A stretch of DNA of 64,000 nt, from positions 27,717-91,716 of the IMG/VR virus record IMGVR_UViG_2938709436_000001, one strand, 5' to 3'. The notes under the pieces were generated by a model. The model was not told the origin of the DNA, ran no database searches, and saw only the letters and a list, made by a program, of their open reading frames with translations. Positions 34,811 to 45,310 of the stretch are shown here, piece by piece. Source of the DNA: a virus (lineage: Duplodnaviria > Heunggongvirae > Uroviricota > Caudoviricetes). The position numbers were made by a program, and so were the translations under genes. The first letter of the stretch is position 1. Each line of letters opens with the position of its first letter.

Positions 34811-35112
34811 TTGACGGGATGATCATGGAAGCAGTAATGAGGGACTCTAAGGCCCTCGCTGTTTCTTCTCTGAAACCTAAGTTCATGGTAGGGACAGGTA
34901 TTTGGAGAATGCTGGAAACCGACCACGGAGACTATGTTGTCTTCACAGACGATTTCATTGACCCAGATAAGGCATTCACAGTCCTGCTTCTTGAGGATTG
35001 TGAGCTTGTTGAGGGAGAGAAGTTGCTACTGTTGACAAGTGTTGCCTACGGTGACCTTGAGTGCTCCTTGGTTCTTTTCCGCGAGAATGCTGTGGACGGG
35101 AAAGATGAGTGA
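34807..35112 (+). CDS. Hypothetical protein
   Basis: Start overlaps the upstream stop (ATGA). The track ORF starts upstream, inside the FEN gene. Confidence 0.4.
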   Translation: MIDGMIMEAVMRDSKALAVSSLKPKFMVGTGIWRMLETDHGDYVVFTDDFIDPDKAFTVLLLEDCELVEGEKLLLLTSVAYGDLECSLVLFRENAVDGKDE

Positions 35113-35740
35113 GTTCCCTTATGTTTTGATGTCTGTTGATCAGTCTTTGTCCCATTGTGCCGTTGTTATCTGGAGTGATGGGACTCCTATTTATCGGGAG
35201 ATGATCAGGACTGGTTCTACCAAGAGCAAGGGAAAGCAAAACCCGGAAGTTTACTACTTTGACACCGTTTATGAGCAGATCGAACATATCTGCAAAAGGA
35301 TAAATGAACTGTGTACTGAGTATTCCCCGGATGATTATGTGATGGAAGCACTGAGTCTGGGGTCTATTGGTAGTGCCACAAGGGATCTTGCAGGTCTGTT
35401 CTACTGCATTGCCCTTAGCCTGGATGGTTGTGGTAATCATTTTATTGAATACTTTAACATCCATACTGTTGCACCAACTTCTGTTAAGTCTTTTGCCCGT
35501 AGTCTCCTTCCAGAGGAAGAGCAGTGGGTGACTAAGGAAAAGCTTGACAAAAAGAAGAATAAAATGGTATCATCACGCTCCAAAGTTAAGATGGACAAAG
35601 CCATGATGGTTAAGGCCGTTGATTACGACTATCCGGGGTGGTTAGACGGTGTTACTCTTGCAGCAGGAAAGGCTGACTACGCCGATGCGTATTTAATCGG
35701 CAAGAAGTTCTTGGAGGGGCTATCCGCAGGAAAAGAGTAA
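35105..35740 (+). CDS. RuvC-like Holliday junction resolvase
   Basis: LMSVDQSLSHCAVVIW (compare RuvC IDPGSRVTGYGVI) and a downstream VMEALSLG acidic motif. Start overlaps the upstream gene (ATGA). Confidence 0.45.
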   Translation: MSEFPYVLMSVDQSLSHCAVVIWSDGTPIYREMIRTGSTKSKGKQNPEVYYFDTVYEQIEHICKRINELCTEYSPDDYVMEALSLGSIGSATRDLAGLFYCIALSLDGCGNHFIEYFNIHTVAPTSVKSFARSLLPEEEQWVTKEKLDKKKNKMVSSRSKVKMDKAMMVKAVDYDYPGWLDGVTLAAGKADYADAYLIGKKFLEGLSAGKE

Positions 35741-35784
35741 AAAGTCCTGTATCCAAACCCAAGGCAAGGAAGAAGCCTGTCGTA

Positions 35785-36270
35785 GTGCCATTGACGGCAG
35801 AACTTTGGGTTAAGGATGCAAGACAGATTGCAGCATTCAGGGAGAAATTAATTCTGGAACAAGGCGGTCTTGATCCTGTACTCGGTGAGCCACTTCGCAA
35901 GCCTTGTCTCGATCATGATCACTTCGATGGAAAGTGTCGAGGAGTTCTGAGCCAGTGTGTGAATACGTTTGAAGGATATGTCCTGAAGGCTTGGATGAAG
36001 TACGTTTCTGCTTACACAGACACCTCTTTGTCCACAGCGCTTAGAAATCTTGCTGACTACTTGGAACAGGATTTCAGTGGGTATCCTATTCACGCAGGGT
36101 ATAAGGACGACATGCTGAAGTTTCTGAGAAGATGCACCAATGAGAAGATCATTGAAAGGGCTGAGTCGGATCTCGGCCTCATCATCCCCAAAGGGACTCA
36201 GAAACACGAAAGCATCACACTTTACCTTACGGAGTTTGTCAGACAGACGGAGGAAAGATTTGCTGAATAA
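35785..36270 (+). CDS. Endonuclease VII family resolvase
   Basis: PCLDHDHFDGKCRGVLSQCVNTFEGYV matches the T4 endo VII zinc/His-Me finger. GTG start after AGGAAGAAG. Confidence 0.65.
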   Translation: MPLTAELWVKDARQIAAFREKLILEQGGLDPVLGEPLRKPCLDHDHFDGKCRGVLSQCVNTFEGYVLKAWMKYVSAYTDTSLSTALRNLADYLEQDFSGYPIHAGYKDDMLKFLRRCTNEKIIERAESDLGLIIPKGTQKHESITLYLTEFVRQTEERFAE

Positions 36271-36472
36271 TTTGAGTAAGCCCCTGAAGTTCTATTACAA
36301 GAACTGGCGCGGGGAATACGGTTATCGAACCGTTATGGACCCGGTGATGTGGTATGGGTCCACAGAGTTTCACAAAGAGCCTCAATGGATGATCAAGGCA
36401 TATGATGTCGAGAAAGATGCCGTGCGGGACTTTGCTGTGAATGATATTGTTGAATTTATCCGAGAGGTGTAA
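36258..36472 (+). CDS. Hypothetical protein
   Basis: TTG start following GGAGGAAAGA. The track ORF begins inside the upstream gene. Confidence 0.35.
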
Positions 36473-37446
36473 TGCTGAGTGCAGAAGAAATCCTTGATTT
36501 AAAAGCGAAAGGTCTGAGTAACCGTGAAATTGCTCGTCGTTATCTTGGGAAAGAGAGTAAGGAATCACACATCCGTCTGATCCTGAAGGCCCACGAGTAC
36601 GATAAGCAGGCTGCTCAGGTAATTACTGAGACAGTTGCACGTAATCCGGGGGCGAAGATCTTCTTGGGTGACGTAGAGGTCTCTGCGACCTTGGCTTGGG
36701 TCTTTAACCGATTCAAGGCATTTGTAACACCTTCCCACGTTGAGCACGAGCCATACATGCTGACATGGGCGGGTAAGTGGTTGGATAACCCGGCGATCAT
36801 CAGTCGCAAACTCCCTGACTACGAAACTTTCAAAACAGATATCCATGACGACCGAGAACTGGTTGAAGAACTGTGGCATATTCTGGATGAGTGTGACATC
36901 TTCATTGCACACAATGCTCGTTTCGATAAGGGTTGGGCTAACCAGCGTTTCGCATTCCACGGAATGAAACCACCATCTCCGTACATTGTGATCGATACTC
37001 TTGCAGAACTGAAGTCGGCATTCTCCTTGCCTTCTAATGCTCTGGAAGCGGCGTGTAATTACTTCCAACTGGACGCACGTAAGCGCCACCATGAAGGTAT
37101 TACACTGTGGATTCGTTGTTTCCACGGAGAGATCGAGGCATTTGAGGAAATGGAATTCTATAACATCGGTGATATTCCAACACTTGAAGGTATCTACTTG
37201 AAAGTAAGACCTTTCATGAAGAAACACCCTAACGTGACCCTGTTCAATGAGGAAGACGACAACCAAGTTCTACGCTGTGTTCGTTGTAACTCTGATCAGG
37301 TTGTGGAAATGCCGGGTAAGGTCGGTACTACATACCTTTCCAAGTTCCAGGCATACCGTTGTGAGTGCTGTGGTTCGGTGATGCGTGACCGCCGTAATAT
37401 CCGTACCAAGGAAGAAATGGCTAACACGCTTGTGAACATCATTTAA
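36472..37446 (+). CDS. DEDDh-type 3'-5' exonuclease domain protein with N-terminal HTH and C-terminal zinc-ribbon
   Basis: N-terminal LSNREIARRYLG is HTH-like. Exo motifs GDVEVS (Exo I) and IAHNARFDKGW (Exo II, DnaQ / RNase T type). C-terminal CVRCN...CECCG. Confidence 0.5.
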   Translation: MLSAEEILDLKAKGLSNREIARRYLGKESKESHIRLILKAHEYDKQAAQVITETVARNPGAKIFLGDVEVSATLAWVFNRFKAFVTPSHVEHEPYMLTWAGKWLDNPAIISRKLPDYETFKTDIHDDRELVEELWHILDECDIFIAHNARFDKGWANQRFAFHGMKPPSPYIVIDTLAELKSAFSLPSNALEAACNYFQLDARKRHHEGITLWIRCFHGEIEAFEEMEFYNIGDIPTLEGIYLKVRPFMKKHPNVTLFNEEDDNQVLRCVRCNSDQVVEMPGKVGTTYLSKFQAYRCECCGSVMRDRRNIRTKEEMANTLVNII

Positions 37447-37466
37447 GGGCTTCGGCCCTTTTGTAA
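37447..37466 (+). terminator. Rho-independent terminator
   Basis: gggcttcggccc followed by ttttg. Confidence 0.6.
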
Positions 37467-37650
37467 AGGAGAGAAGATTGGATATTCAAATTCCCGATTG
37501 TAACGATGATGAGTGGATGAGAGAGCAATTTAGGGCGCTCAGAGAAAGGATTGAATCCTCTTATGAGGAAAAGCATGGCAGCGATTTGGGAGACACGTTG
37601 CATGAGTGTTTACAGATTCTTAATGCACTTCAAGAATATGCGGGGTACTG

Positions 37651-38256
37651 ATGGATATTATTGTTCTTAATGCACCGCCGCAGAGCGGGAAAGATGAGAT
37701 CTCTGCGTATCTCTGCAAGGGTAACCCAAACATCAACCACGAAGAGGTTAAGGAACTCCTTTTTGAGGTTGCGATCCGTTCAGCGGGTATTTCCCGCGAG
37801 TTGTGGGATGCAATGTACACTCGTCGGTACAAAGAGATTCCAAGCCCGTATCTGATGGTCGATGGTGTGAATGTATCACCACGCCAGTGGATGATCCATT
37901 GCTCAGAGAAAGTGATCAAACCATTGTTCGGTAAGTCTGCTTTTGGTAAGGCTGCTGTAGAGCATCTGAAGAAGACATATGCAAATGATGAGGTTATTGT
38001 GTATTCAGATGGTGGTTTCAAGGAAGAGATCAAAGAGCTATCCGACTATGCGTACTCAACAGGCGGTGAATTCTTTCTTGCACGTATCCACCGAAAAGGT
38101 TATGATTGGGGAAATGACAGTCGTAACTGGTTGTACCTCGATGGCATCAGAGGACATGAACGTGACTTTGACAACAAAGAGGGTGGTATGATAGACTGTG
38201 CTGAAGAGGTTCTCGAATGGGCGAGAACTATTAGCTACGGAGAAGAGAATGCGTAA
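37651..38256 (+). CDS. Deoxynucleoside monophosphate kinase
   Basis: MDIIVLNAPPQSGKDEIS resembles T4 gp1 MKLIFLSGVKRSGKDT. 201 aa. Confidence 0.6.
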   Translation: MDIIVLNAPPQSGKDEISAYLCKGNPNINHEEVKELLFEVAIRSAGISRELWDAMYTRRYKEIPSPYLMVDGVNVSPRQWMIHCSEKVIKPLFGKSAFGKAAVEHLKKTYANDEVIVYSDGGFKEEIKELSDYAYSTGGEFFLARIHRKGYDWGNDSRNWLYLDGIRGHERDFDNKEGGMIDCAEEVLEWARTISYGEENA

Positions 38257-38851
38257 ACCGCTGAATATCGGTATTGATGTTGACCTGACTTTTGTGGATT
38301 CAGGTACTCCCTGGATTCAATGGATGGAGCAGGTTTATGGTGTGAAGGCAGACCTTTGCCTCCCACCTAAAAACCCGCAAGGAAAGTTTTATTACAACGT
38401 TTCCAAATATTTTCCACCTGCAAAGGTAAATCAGGTTCCACCATACGAGTTCTGGGAAGACCCATACCTGTATGATAAACTGAAACCTCTGCCTGGTGCA
38501 GTTGAGGCAGTAGCAGCTTGGGCTGAAGCAGGACACTTCAACCAGTTTGTATCTTACTGCAAGAAAGGCCACTTCTCGTCTAAGGTTCGATTCCTGAAAC
38601 GTGAAACTGAAGAGTTTTTCAGTATTGAGCCAGGCTCAGGCCACGGATTCTATGCGACAAAGAACAAGGCTGGTATCAAACTCGATGTCATCATTGATGA
38701 CCGTAACGAGTTCCTGAACCAGTTTGGACCAGAGGTGATCAAGATTAAGTTCAAGACACCATATGATCAGTCCGAAGAGCTTCGTGTCTCGATTGACCTT
38801 GAGACCGACAACTGGGACGAAATCCGTAAGTTCGTTCTGGATATTGCGTAA
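38249..38851 (+). CDS. HAD-superfamily phosphatase (5'-nucleotidase-like)
   Basis: HAD motif I IGIDVDLT (DxDxT) at the N-terminus. Confidence 0.5.
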   Translation: MRKPLNIGIDVDLTFVDSGTPWIQWMEQVYGVKADLCLPPKNPQGKFYYNVSKYFPPAKVNQVPPYEFWEDPYLYDKLKPLPGAVEAVAAWAEAGHFNQFVSYCKKGHFSSKVRFLKRETEEFFSIEPGSGHGFYATKNKAGIKLDVIIDDRNEFLNQFGPEVIKIKFKTPYDQSEELRVSIDLETDNWDEIRKFVLDIA

Positions 38852-39045
38852 TGAAGAGATGCCCCACAGGAGACTTTGTTGTCCACTACGGGGATTGGGT
38901 GGAAGTGTTCACCGAGGATGGAACTTTCCTCATATCCTTCAAAGCCACAAGTGACATGTGTCAGGATATCCTGACACGATATTTGGTGTTCAAGGCGAAC
39001 ATGAGTCCTGAAACACCATACCGAATCAAAAGGAGAGGCAAATGA
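38851..39045 (+). CDS. Hypothetical protein
   Basis: 64 aa ORF, start overlaps the upstream stop. Confidence 0.4.
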   Translation: MKRCPTGDFVVHYGDWVEVFTEDGTFLISFKATSDMCQDILTRYLVFKANMSPETPYRIKRRGK

Positions 39046-39365
39046 CTTTAAAACAAGAATCTTTCGACATCCTGACCAATGAGTTACAGCGCCGTGTGGA
39101 TAAAGTCCCACAGGTAATGGGGCTGGACGCCTACGGCATCACCGCAGCAGATATGGGCCTTGATGCCGATTTCATTAACCGCCTGATCACTGAAGCGTAT
39201 CTCGGTATTTTCACCGCAGAAGAAGCTGAAGAAATGATCGCATTCCAGCAACGCTTCGCTGATCGCACCGCGATCCTTGAAAAGGTTGTAGAGGAAGCGG
39301 TTGGTAAAGTAATGGAAGCCAACAAAGAGAACATCCTGAAAAAACTGCAAGAAGGGGCTAAGTAA
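39042..39365 (+). CDS. Hypothetical protein
   Basis: 107 aa acidic ORF, AAAGGAGAGGCAA RBS. Confidence 0.5.
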   Translation: MTLKQESFDILTNELQRRVDKVPQVMGLDAYGITAADMGLDADFINRLITEAYLGIFTAEEAEEMIAFQQRFADRTAILEKVVEEAVGKVMEANKENILKKLQEGAK

Positions 39366-40354
39366 TGACAGAGGCTGTAATCGCTCGCGTAGTAGCGGAT
39401 AGCATTTCACCGCAGGGACAACGTATTACAACCTTTGAGCTTGAGTACCCACGCATCATTCACAGCGAATTGATGACGCACCGACTGTTTAGTCGCAATG
39501 CTATGAGTAGCCGTGCAATTCCGATCAAGAAGATGATTCAACAAGCTCTGGATAATCCGGCAATGCCTGTTAAGTTCGGGAAGAATCAACCAGGTATGCA
39601 AGATGCTGGTGATCACTCCGCAGGTATTGGGAAGCGTGGATATTCACCAGAGCAGTGGTGGAAATTTGCAGCAGCAGAGGCTTGTCACTTCGCAAGCGGC
39701 TTTGATGAAGCAGGTTATCATAAACAAATTGCCAATCGTCTTCTAGAACCGTTCCAACGGATGAAAACGGTTCTGACGGCAACTGACTTCGAGAACTTCT
39801 GGTGGTTGCGTGTAGATAAAGATGCAGATCCGACGATCTTTGCATTGGCTGAGGCCATGAAGAAGGCGTTTGATGAATCTTTGCCTGAACTGCTTGAACC
39901 TGGACAATGGCACACCCCGTATGTTGATCACGTCTACGAATACGAAGACATTGACGACAAAGAATGTGTTGTGTTTGTTGGGTATTGTGTTCTTGACGAA
40001 AACGACAAGCCTGTTATGCTTACCGTAGAGGAAGCAAAGGCAATATCTGCCTCGTGTTGTGCTCAGGTCTCTTACCGAGTTCTGAACAACACAAAAGATA
40101 AGGCGCTGGACATTTATGGGAAACTTTTGAGCGGTAATAAGGTACACGCCTCTCCGTTCGAACATCAGGCCACCCCGATGAAGGGGGAGTTCAGCCAGTA
40201 TGGGTATGACCCAAGCGTGAATCTCCCAGGGTATGCTGTCTCTTGGGAAGAAGGTATCACCCATGTTGACCGTAACGGTGCATTGTGGTCAGGTAACTTC
40301 TGCGGTTGGGTACAACATCGCCAGTTAGTTCCTAACAACGTAGTTTCCGGTTGA
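39365..40354 (+). CDS. thyX: Flavin-dependent thymidylate synthase
   Basis: ThyX signature RHRLFSRNAMSSRA (RHRxxxxxxxSxR). Confidence 0.85.
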   Translation: MTEAVIARVVADSISPQGQRITTFELEYPRIIHSELMTHRLFSRNAMSSRAIPIKKMIQQALDNPAMPVKFGKNQPGMQDAGDHSAGIGKRGYSPEQWWKFAAAEACHFASGFDEAGYHKQIANRLLEPFQRMKTVLTATDFENFWWLRVDKDADPTIFALAEAMKKAFDESLPELLEPGQWHTPYVDHVYEYEDIDDKECVVFVGYCVLDENDKPVMLTVEEAKAISASCCAQVSYRVLNNTKDKALDIYGKLLSGNKVHASPFEHQATPMKGEFSQYGYDPSVNLPGYAVSWEEGITHVDRNGALWSGNFCGWVQHRQLVPNNVVSG

Positions 40355-40379
40355 CAAAGGTTCCAGTAATCCGTATCTT
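40351..40379 (+). promoter_or_regulatory. Sigma70 promoter
   Basis: TTGACA - 17 nt - TATCTT. Confidence 0.5.
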
Positions 40380-40435
40380 GGTTGTATGAATTGCGGGGAG
40401 AGTTTCTCCCCGATTATAGGCAGAATGGAGAATAC

Positions 40436-40912
40436 ATGAGTAAAACAAAACGCAAACCTACCCAACACATTTCGGTCACTTTGGACTTCCTGAGAACAGT
40501 ACCTGGATTCGATGTGACACAAGAAAGTGGACTCCGTGCTGCCCTGTATGCAGTGGGATTCCAAGTCTCCGACAGTGAGGGTAATCCTAAGCAAGTAACT
40601 ATGCTTAACAACAAAAATGTACGATGTGCTAATTTGCCCTATCTGTACCGTAAGACCACGATCTTTGTTGGTGACATGCGTCCGGATTATCCGTATGCAA
40701 AAATCTATAACGGGGTTGACATCCTCGATGTCGGTGTGTATTCGGAACGAGACATGGAGTTCGTTATCGACTTGCCATACGACATCCCGGTGAACGAAAA
40801 AGTTAACACCCGTAAGTACACCAAACGTGGTGATCGCCCAGATTCGTTCGATATTACGTTCAATAGTGAAGATGAAGCACGTCTGAGTGACGCATTTGGT
40901 CTGGGGGACTAA
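40436..40912 (+). CDS. Hypothetical protein
   Basis: Start at MSKTKRKPTQH... after GAATGGAGAATAC. The track ORF begins upstream. Confidence 0.5.
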   Translation: MSKTKRKPTQHISVTLDFLRTVPGFDVTQESGLRAALYAVGFQVSDSEGNPKQVTMLNNKNVRCANLPYLYRKTTIFVGDMRPDYPYAKIYNGVDILDVGVYSERDMEFVIDLPYDIPVNEKVNTRKYTKRGDRPDSFDITFNSEDEARLSDAFGLGD

Positions 40913-41142
40913 TGAGTAAAGAGAAGACCAAGTGGAAAGACCGTGGCTTCGATGATAAGCATCACTACGCCGGGTGGCTCTACTTCAATGATTTGACCGA
41001 TGACAGTAAGATGTACGATGATGTTTACTATGATCAATATTCTGGTAAAATAATCAACGTCACTGCTCCATCTGAAGATGCTCCTCAAGATGAGGAAGTT
41101 GATGAAGCTGACAAGTATCTTGCTCAATTCGAAGAAAAATAA
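40912..41142 (+). CDS. Hypothetical acidic protein
   Basis: 76 aa ORF. Confidence 0.45.
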   Translation: MSKEKTKWKDRGFDDKHHYAGWLYFNDLTDDSKMYDDVYYDQYSGKIINVTAPSEDAPQDEEVDEADKYLAQFEEK

Positions 41143-41151
41143 GGAGAAAGT

Positions 41152-43467
41152 TTGATCAATACAGTTGTAAAGAGTGATGGATCTAGTGTTCCTTTTGAAC
41201 CAGAACGTCTGAACAAAGCAGCAATCTTTGGTGATGACGGCAATGGTAACTGGTCCCACATCTCTATGGACGCGTATAAGCGCCTTTATGATGGATGCAC
41301 CACTCGTGAAGTAAACCAGGCATTGATCGACGCTTGTGTAAGTCGCAAAGATGAAGCTCACTCTCGCATGGCTGGGCGTGTGCTCATCGGACAGATCTAC
41401 AAGGAGGCGTATGGTGGCTTCACAAAGATCCCTACGCTGTTTAACTTCTACCATTACATGACCAGTATCGGTTACTGGGAAGATATGGGGTATGACTCTT
41501 TCGATCTGGTTAAGCTTGAAACAGTTATCAATCACGCGAAAGACCTTGATTACGGCTATGCTGTTCTGAAGCAGTTCCGTGACAAGTACGGTATCAAGGA
41601 CAACATCAACGATGTTCTGTTTGAATCTCCGCAGATGATGTTCATGGGTATCGCGATGGCGGTGATGAAGCGTATGCCAAAGGATCGTCGTATTAACGAT
41701 GTGATCCAGTTGTACACTTATCTCTCTGACCTGAAGATCAATGCCCCAACACCGTATCTGAACGGTCTTCGTACCGGGCGTACTGGTTATGCGTCCTGCT
41801 GCATCATTAAGGCAGACGATACGGCTAAGAGTATTGGTGTTGCTCGTGAAGTGGCGTACACTATGACCGTAGCGCAGGCCGGGATTGGTTATTACCTGTC
41901 ATCCCGTTCGATTGGTGATGGTGTTCGTGGCAATACGATCAAACACATGGGTAAACTGCCTTATTACCGTGGCATTGATGCCGGGGTGAAGGAGAACCGT
42001 CAGTCAACCCGTGGTGGTAGTGCAACGATTTCATTCCTTGCGCTTGACCCGCAGATCGATGAACTGATGCGACTTAAAAACCCGCAGACTGTAACGTCGA
42101 AGCGTATCAACACAATGGACTACTCCATTGGTATCAACCAGTCGTTCATGAACCGTGTGGCTAAGAACCTTGACTGGATGTTGGTCTCTTACAAGGATGC
42201 TCCTCAGTTGCACGAGGGTATGTTTAAGATGACCATGCAGGAGTTTGATGCAGAGGTTGCTCGTGTGGCTGCTGACAAAAAGATTCCTAAGACCTGGGTT
42301 AAGGCTCGCGATCTCGCTTTAGAGCTAATCACTCAACGAGCAGAGACTGGTCGCCTGTATGTGTACTGGCCTGATGAGATGAACCGACACACACCGTTCC
42401 TGGAGACAATTTACTCCTCTAACCTGTGTCAGGAAATCTGTCTGCCAACCAAGGGCTATAAAGATATGCGAAATATCTTTGATCCTCTTGCAGATGATGG
42501 TGAGGTTGCATTATGCTTCCTGTCCTCTCTGGTGGCGGGTCGGGTATCCCCGGAAGAGTACGAGGATGTGGCTTACTACACCGTCCTGATGATCGACAAC
42601 GTTATGGATATCATGGATTATCCGTATGAGAACATGGAGCACACTGCCAAGTCTCGTCGTTCGATTGGTGTTGGCCTGACAAACCTTGCTCACTACATCG
42701 CGAAACACAAAGTCGCGTATGGTTCTCCGGAGAGTAAGCAGTTGGTTCACGATCTTGCAGAACTGCACAGCTTCAGCCTGCACAAGGCAAGCCTGCGACT
42801 GGCAAAAGAACGTGGTGTTGCACCTTGGATGAACAAAACCAAGTATCCACAGGGATGGTTGCCTATCGACACCTATAACAAGGCTGTTGATAGTGTGGTG
42901 AAAGACCCAAGCCTGAAGCAGGACTGGGAATCTCTTCGCCAGGAGATTATCAAGAACGGTGGTATCCGCAACAGCGTGTTGGAAGCTTATATGCCAAATG
43001 AGAGTTCCTCTCTGGCAACCAACACCACAAACGGGCTTTACCCGGTGCGTGATCACATCATCTTCAAGAAGTCTCCGCAAGGTTCTGTACTGTTTATTGT
43101 TCCAGAGTACGAAGCGCTGAAGGACTACTACACCTCAGCATGGGACATTAGCAGCAACGATCTGATCGACGTTTACGCGGTGATCCAGAAGTTTGCAGGG
43201 CAGGCTATCAGTGCTGACCTCTACATTGACTACACCCAGTTGAAAGACGGGAAGATTTCGATGAAGGACCAGATTGGTTACCTGATCCGTGCGACTAAAA
43301 TGGGGATGAAAACCTGGTACTACCTGAACTCTAAGGTTGGTGCTGGTGACTCCCTGACCGCAGAGCTTCAGGCGAAGAAGCAAGCAGAGGAAGAGACCCG
43401 CAAGGACTACCCGCTGATTGCAGACAATTCGGTGGAAGACCCGTACTGTGAAGGTTGTGCATTGTAA
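41152..43467 (+). CDS. nrdA: Ribonucleoside-diphosphate reductase alpha subunit (class I)
   Basis: 771 aa with the RNR catalytic-site region NLCQEICLP...SSL. TTG start after AAGGAGAAAG. Confidence 0.85.
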   Translation: MINTVVKSDGSSVPFEPERLNKAAIFGDDGNGNWSHISMDAYKRLYDGCTTREVNQALIDACVSRKDEAHSRMAGRVLIGQIYKEAYGGFTKIPTLFNFYHYMTSIGYWEDMGYDSFDLVKLETVINHAKDLDYGYAVLKQFRDKYGIKDNINDVLFESPQMMFMGIAMAVMKRMPKDRRINDVIQLYTYLSDLKINAPTPYLNGLRTGRTGYASCCIIKADDTAKSIGVAREVAYTMTVAQAGIGYYLSSRSIGDGVRGNTIKHMGKLPYYRGIDAGVKENRQSTRGGSATISFLALDPQIDELMRLKNPQTVTSKRINTMDYSIGINQSFMNRVAKNLDWMLVSYKDAPQLHEGMFKMTMQEFDAEVARVAADKKIPKTWVKARDLALELITQRAETGRLYVYWPDEMNRHTPFLETIYSSNLCQEICLPTKGYKDMRNIFDPLADDGEVALCFLSSLVAGRVSPEEYEDVAYYTVLMIDNVMDIMDYPYENMEHTAKSRRSIGVGLTNLAHYIAKHKVAYGSPESKQLVHDLAELHSFSLHKASLRLAKERGVAPWMNKTKYPQGWLPIDTYNKAVDSVVKDPSLKQDWESLRQEIIKNGGIRNSVLEAYMPNESSSLATNTTNGLYPVRDHIIFKKSPQGSVLFIVPEYEALKDYYTSAWDISSNDLIDVYAVIQKFAGQAISADLYIDYTQLKDGKISMKDQIGYLIRATKMGMKTWYYLNSKVGAGDSLTAELQAKKQAEEETRKDYPLIADNSVEDPYCEGCAL

Positions 43468-43470
43468 TTC

Positions 43471-43497
43471 TTATGGGGCTTCGGCCCCGTTTTCGAG
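43471..43497 (+). terminator. Rho-independent terminator (leaky; within the nrdAB operon)
   Basis: ggggcttcggcccc followed by gttttcg. Confidence 0.5.
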
Positions 43498-43506
43498 GGA
43501 GAATAA

Positions 43507-44594
43507 TGGCTGTATTTAACGTTGAGAACACCGCTCATAAAACTGGTGACTACCCGCTGTTCCTGGGGCAGCAAATGGGGATGTATGACTCCATCAACAA
43601 AAAGTACCCACAACTGTTCGACCTGTACAAAAAGCAGAAAGAGCAGGACTGGTCTGAAGATGAGGTTGAACTGAACCAATCCATCACTGATTTCGCAACC
43701 TGTAGCAAATCCACCTACGATGTCATGGTACAAACGATTATGTGGCAGTGGGAAGCGGATAGCGTTGCAGCACAGGCGATTATCTGTCTGTTCGCACCAT
43801 TCATCACCAATAGTGAACTGTTTGCTATGATGATGAAGCAATCTGAGATTGAAGTTCTTCATGCTTTAACGTATTCTGATATTGTCCGTCAGTGTCTGCC
43901 AAACTCACGTCAGATCATTGAAGACATTCAGAACAACCAGGCAGTTCTGGAACGCTCAGGTGTGATTGTCAAGTATATGCGTGAACTGGAAATCCTCGGT
44001 GCAAAATACCGTATCGATCCAGAGTCTGTTGATAAAGAGGAAGTTCGTCGTGGTATTCTGCGAGCACTGTTCTCTCTGCTTGGTCTTGAAGGTATCGAAT
44101 TCATCTCCAGCTTCGCGTGTACCTTTGCTCTGGCTGAACAGGGTGTATTCGTTCAGGTAGGTCAGCTTGTTCAGAAAATTATGCTGGACGAAATGTTGCA
44201 CACCAAAATGGACTTCGGTGTCATTGACATTCTGTTGAAAGACCCGGTGTGGAAAGATAGTTTCTATGCTATCAAATCAGAACTGAAAGCAATTCTGGAC
44301 GAAGTTCGCACCAACGAGTACGCATGGGGTGATTACCTGTTCAGTGAGGGACGTGCAATCATCGGGCTTAATGCTCCATTACTGAAAGACTGGACCGACT
44401 GGAACTGTGCTCCGATCTATGACTACTACGGTATCGAACGTGATTTCGAGGCTCCAAAACGAGATCCTCTGCCGTTCATGGATATCTGGATGAATCCGAG
44501 CAAACAGCAGAACGCTAACCAAGAGCAAACCAACACAGATTATCGCCTGAATGCAGCGGTAGATGATACCGATGGCGAAACCTGGGATTTCTAA
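43507..44594 (+). CDS. nrdB: Ribonucleoside-diphosphate reductase beta subunit
   Basis: Ferritin-like di-iron protein following nrdA. Start at MAVFNVENT after GAGGGAGAATA. Confidence 0.8.
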
Positions 44595-44603
44595 GGAGAA
44601 AAA

Positions 44604-44966
44604 ATGGCAGAAATAATTCCGAGTGGTCCGGCACTGGCACCACTTCGTTTAGTGGCTTACGACCCACACAAACTCCATCTGTTTCTTGGTGGGGAGCGTG
44701 TAAGTGGATTTCTACCGCATCGTAAGATTTCCTTGCGTCGTGGACTAAACGGCACGTTTGAGATGGAAATTTTCTTGGGCGGGACATCTTCTTGGGTCCC
44801 TAAACTCCGTCAACTGCTCGGTTATCAAATGCCTATCAGCATTCAGTACCCGAACGAGTTTGCAGATGCACTAGGATTCGAGGATATTGGTGTGCTGTCT
44901 GGATTCGATCTGCACTTCACCAACGAAGTGCCGGAAGTTGTGTTCTACTTTAAAAATAAGGATTGA
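44604..44966 (+). CDS. Hypothetical protein
   Basis: 120 aa ORF between nrdB and the CPHC glutaredoxin-like redoxin gene. Confidence 0.5.
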   Translation: MAEIIPSGPALAPLRLVAYDPHKLHLFLGGERVSGFLPHRKISLRRGLNGTFEMEIFLGGTSSWVPKLRQLLGYQMPISIQYPNEFADALGFEDIGVLSGFDLHFTNEVPEVVFYFKNKD

Positions 44967-44967
44967 C

Positions 44968-45234
44968 ATGAGCATCAAAGAAAATACCTTTGTGATCTAC
45001 GGCAAAGACAATTGCCCCCACTGTGTACGTGCGAAAGAGTTCGCAAAGTCAAAGGATCTTGACTTCCTGTACATGACTCTCGACAAGAACTACACGAAAG
45101 AGGAACTGGTTGCAAAATGCGCCCCTGTTGTTCCAACCACAGTGCCTCGTGTGTTTATGGAGGATGGTGGTAGTGAGCGGTATATCGGGACCGCAGATGA
45201 GTTTATCGCATTTGTGAAATCTCATAACATCTGA
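44968..45234 (+). CDS. Glutaredoxin / NrdH-like redoxin
   Basis: CPHC active site in MSIKENTFVIYGKDNCPHCVRAKEF. 88 aa. Confidence 0.75.
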   Translation: MSIKENTFVIYGKDNCPHCVRAKEFAKSKDLDFLYMTLDKNYTKEELVAKCAPVVPTTVPRVFMEDGGSERYIGTADEFIAFVKSHNI

Positions 45235-45263
45235 TTGACAGTCGTCTAAAAACCATATAAGAT
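45235..45263 (+). promoter_or_regulatory. Sigma70 promoter
   Basis: TTGACA followed by a TATAAG / TAAGAT -10-like element. Confidence 0.45.
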
Positions 45264-45310
45264 TAACTAAGCCCATCCTCATGTTGTTGGTGGGCCACAA
45301 AGGAGAATAT

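Noticed and set aside
36565-37266. 233-aa minus-strand ORF antisense to the exonuclease / HTH gene
   Set aside because: It is antisense to a plus-strand gene carrying DEDDh motifs. No RBS.
39407-40264. Minus-strand ORFs inside thyX (39407..39616, 39570..39845, 39718..39915, 39743..40264)
   Set aside because: They are antisense to a gene carrying the unambiguous ThyX RHRxxxxxxxSxR motif.
42031-43383. Minus-strand ORFs inside nrdA (42031..42213, 42511..43080, 43135..43383)
   Set aside because: They are antisense to the 771-aa ribonucleotide reductase gene. His / Val / Leu-rich artefacts.
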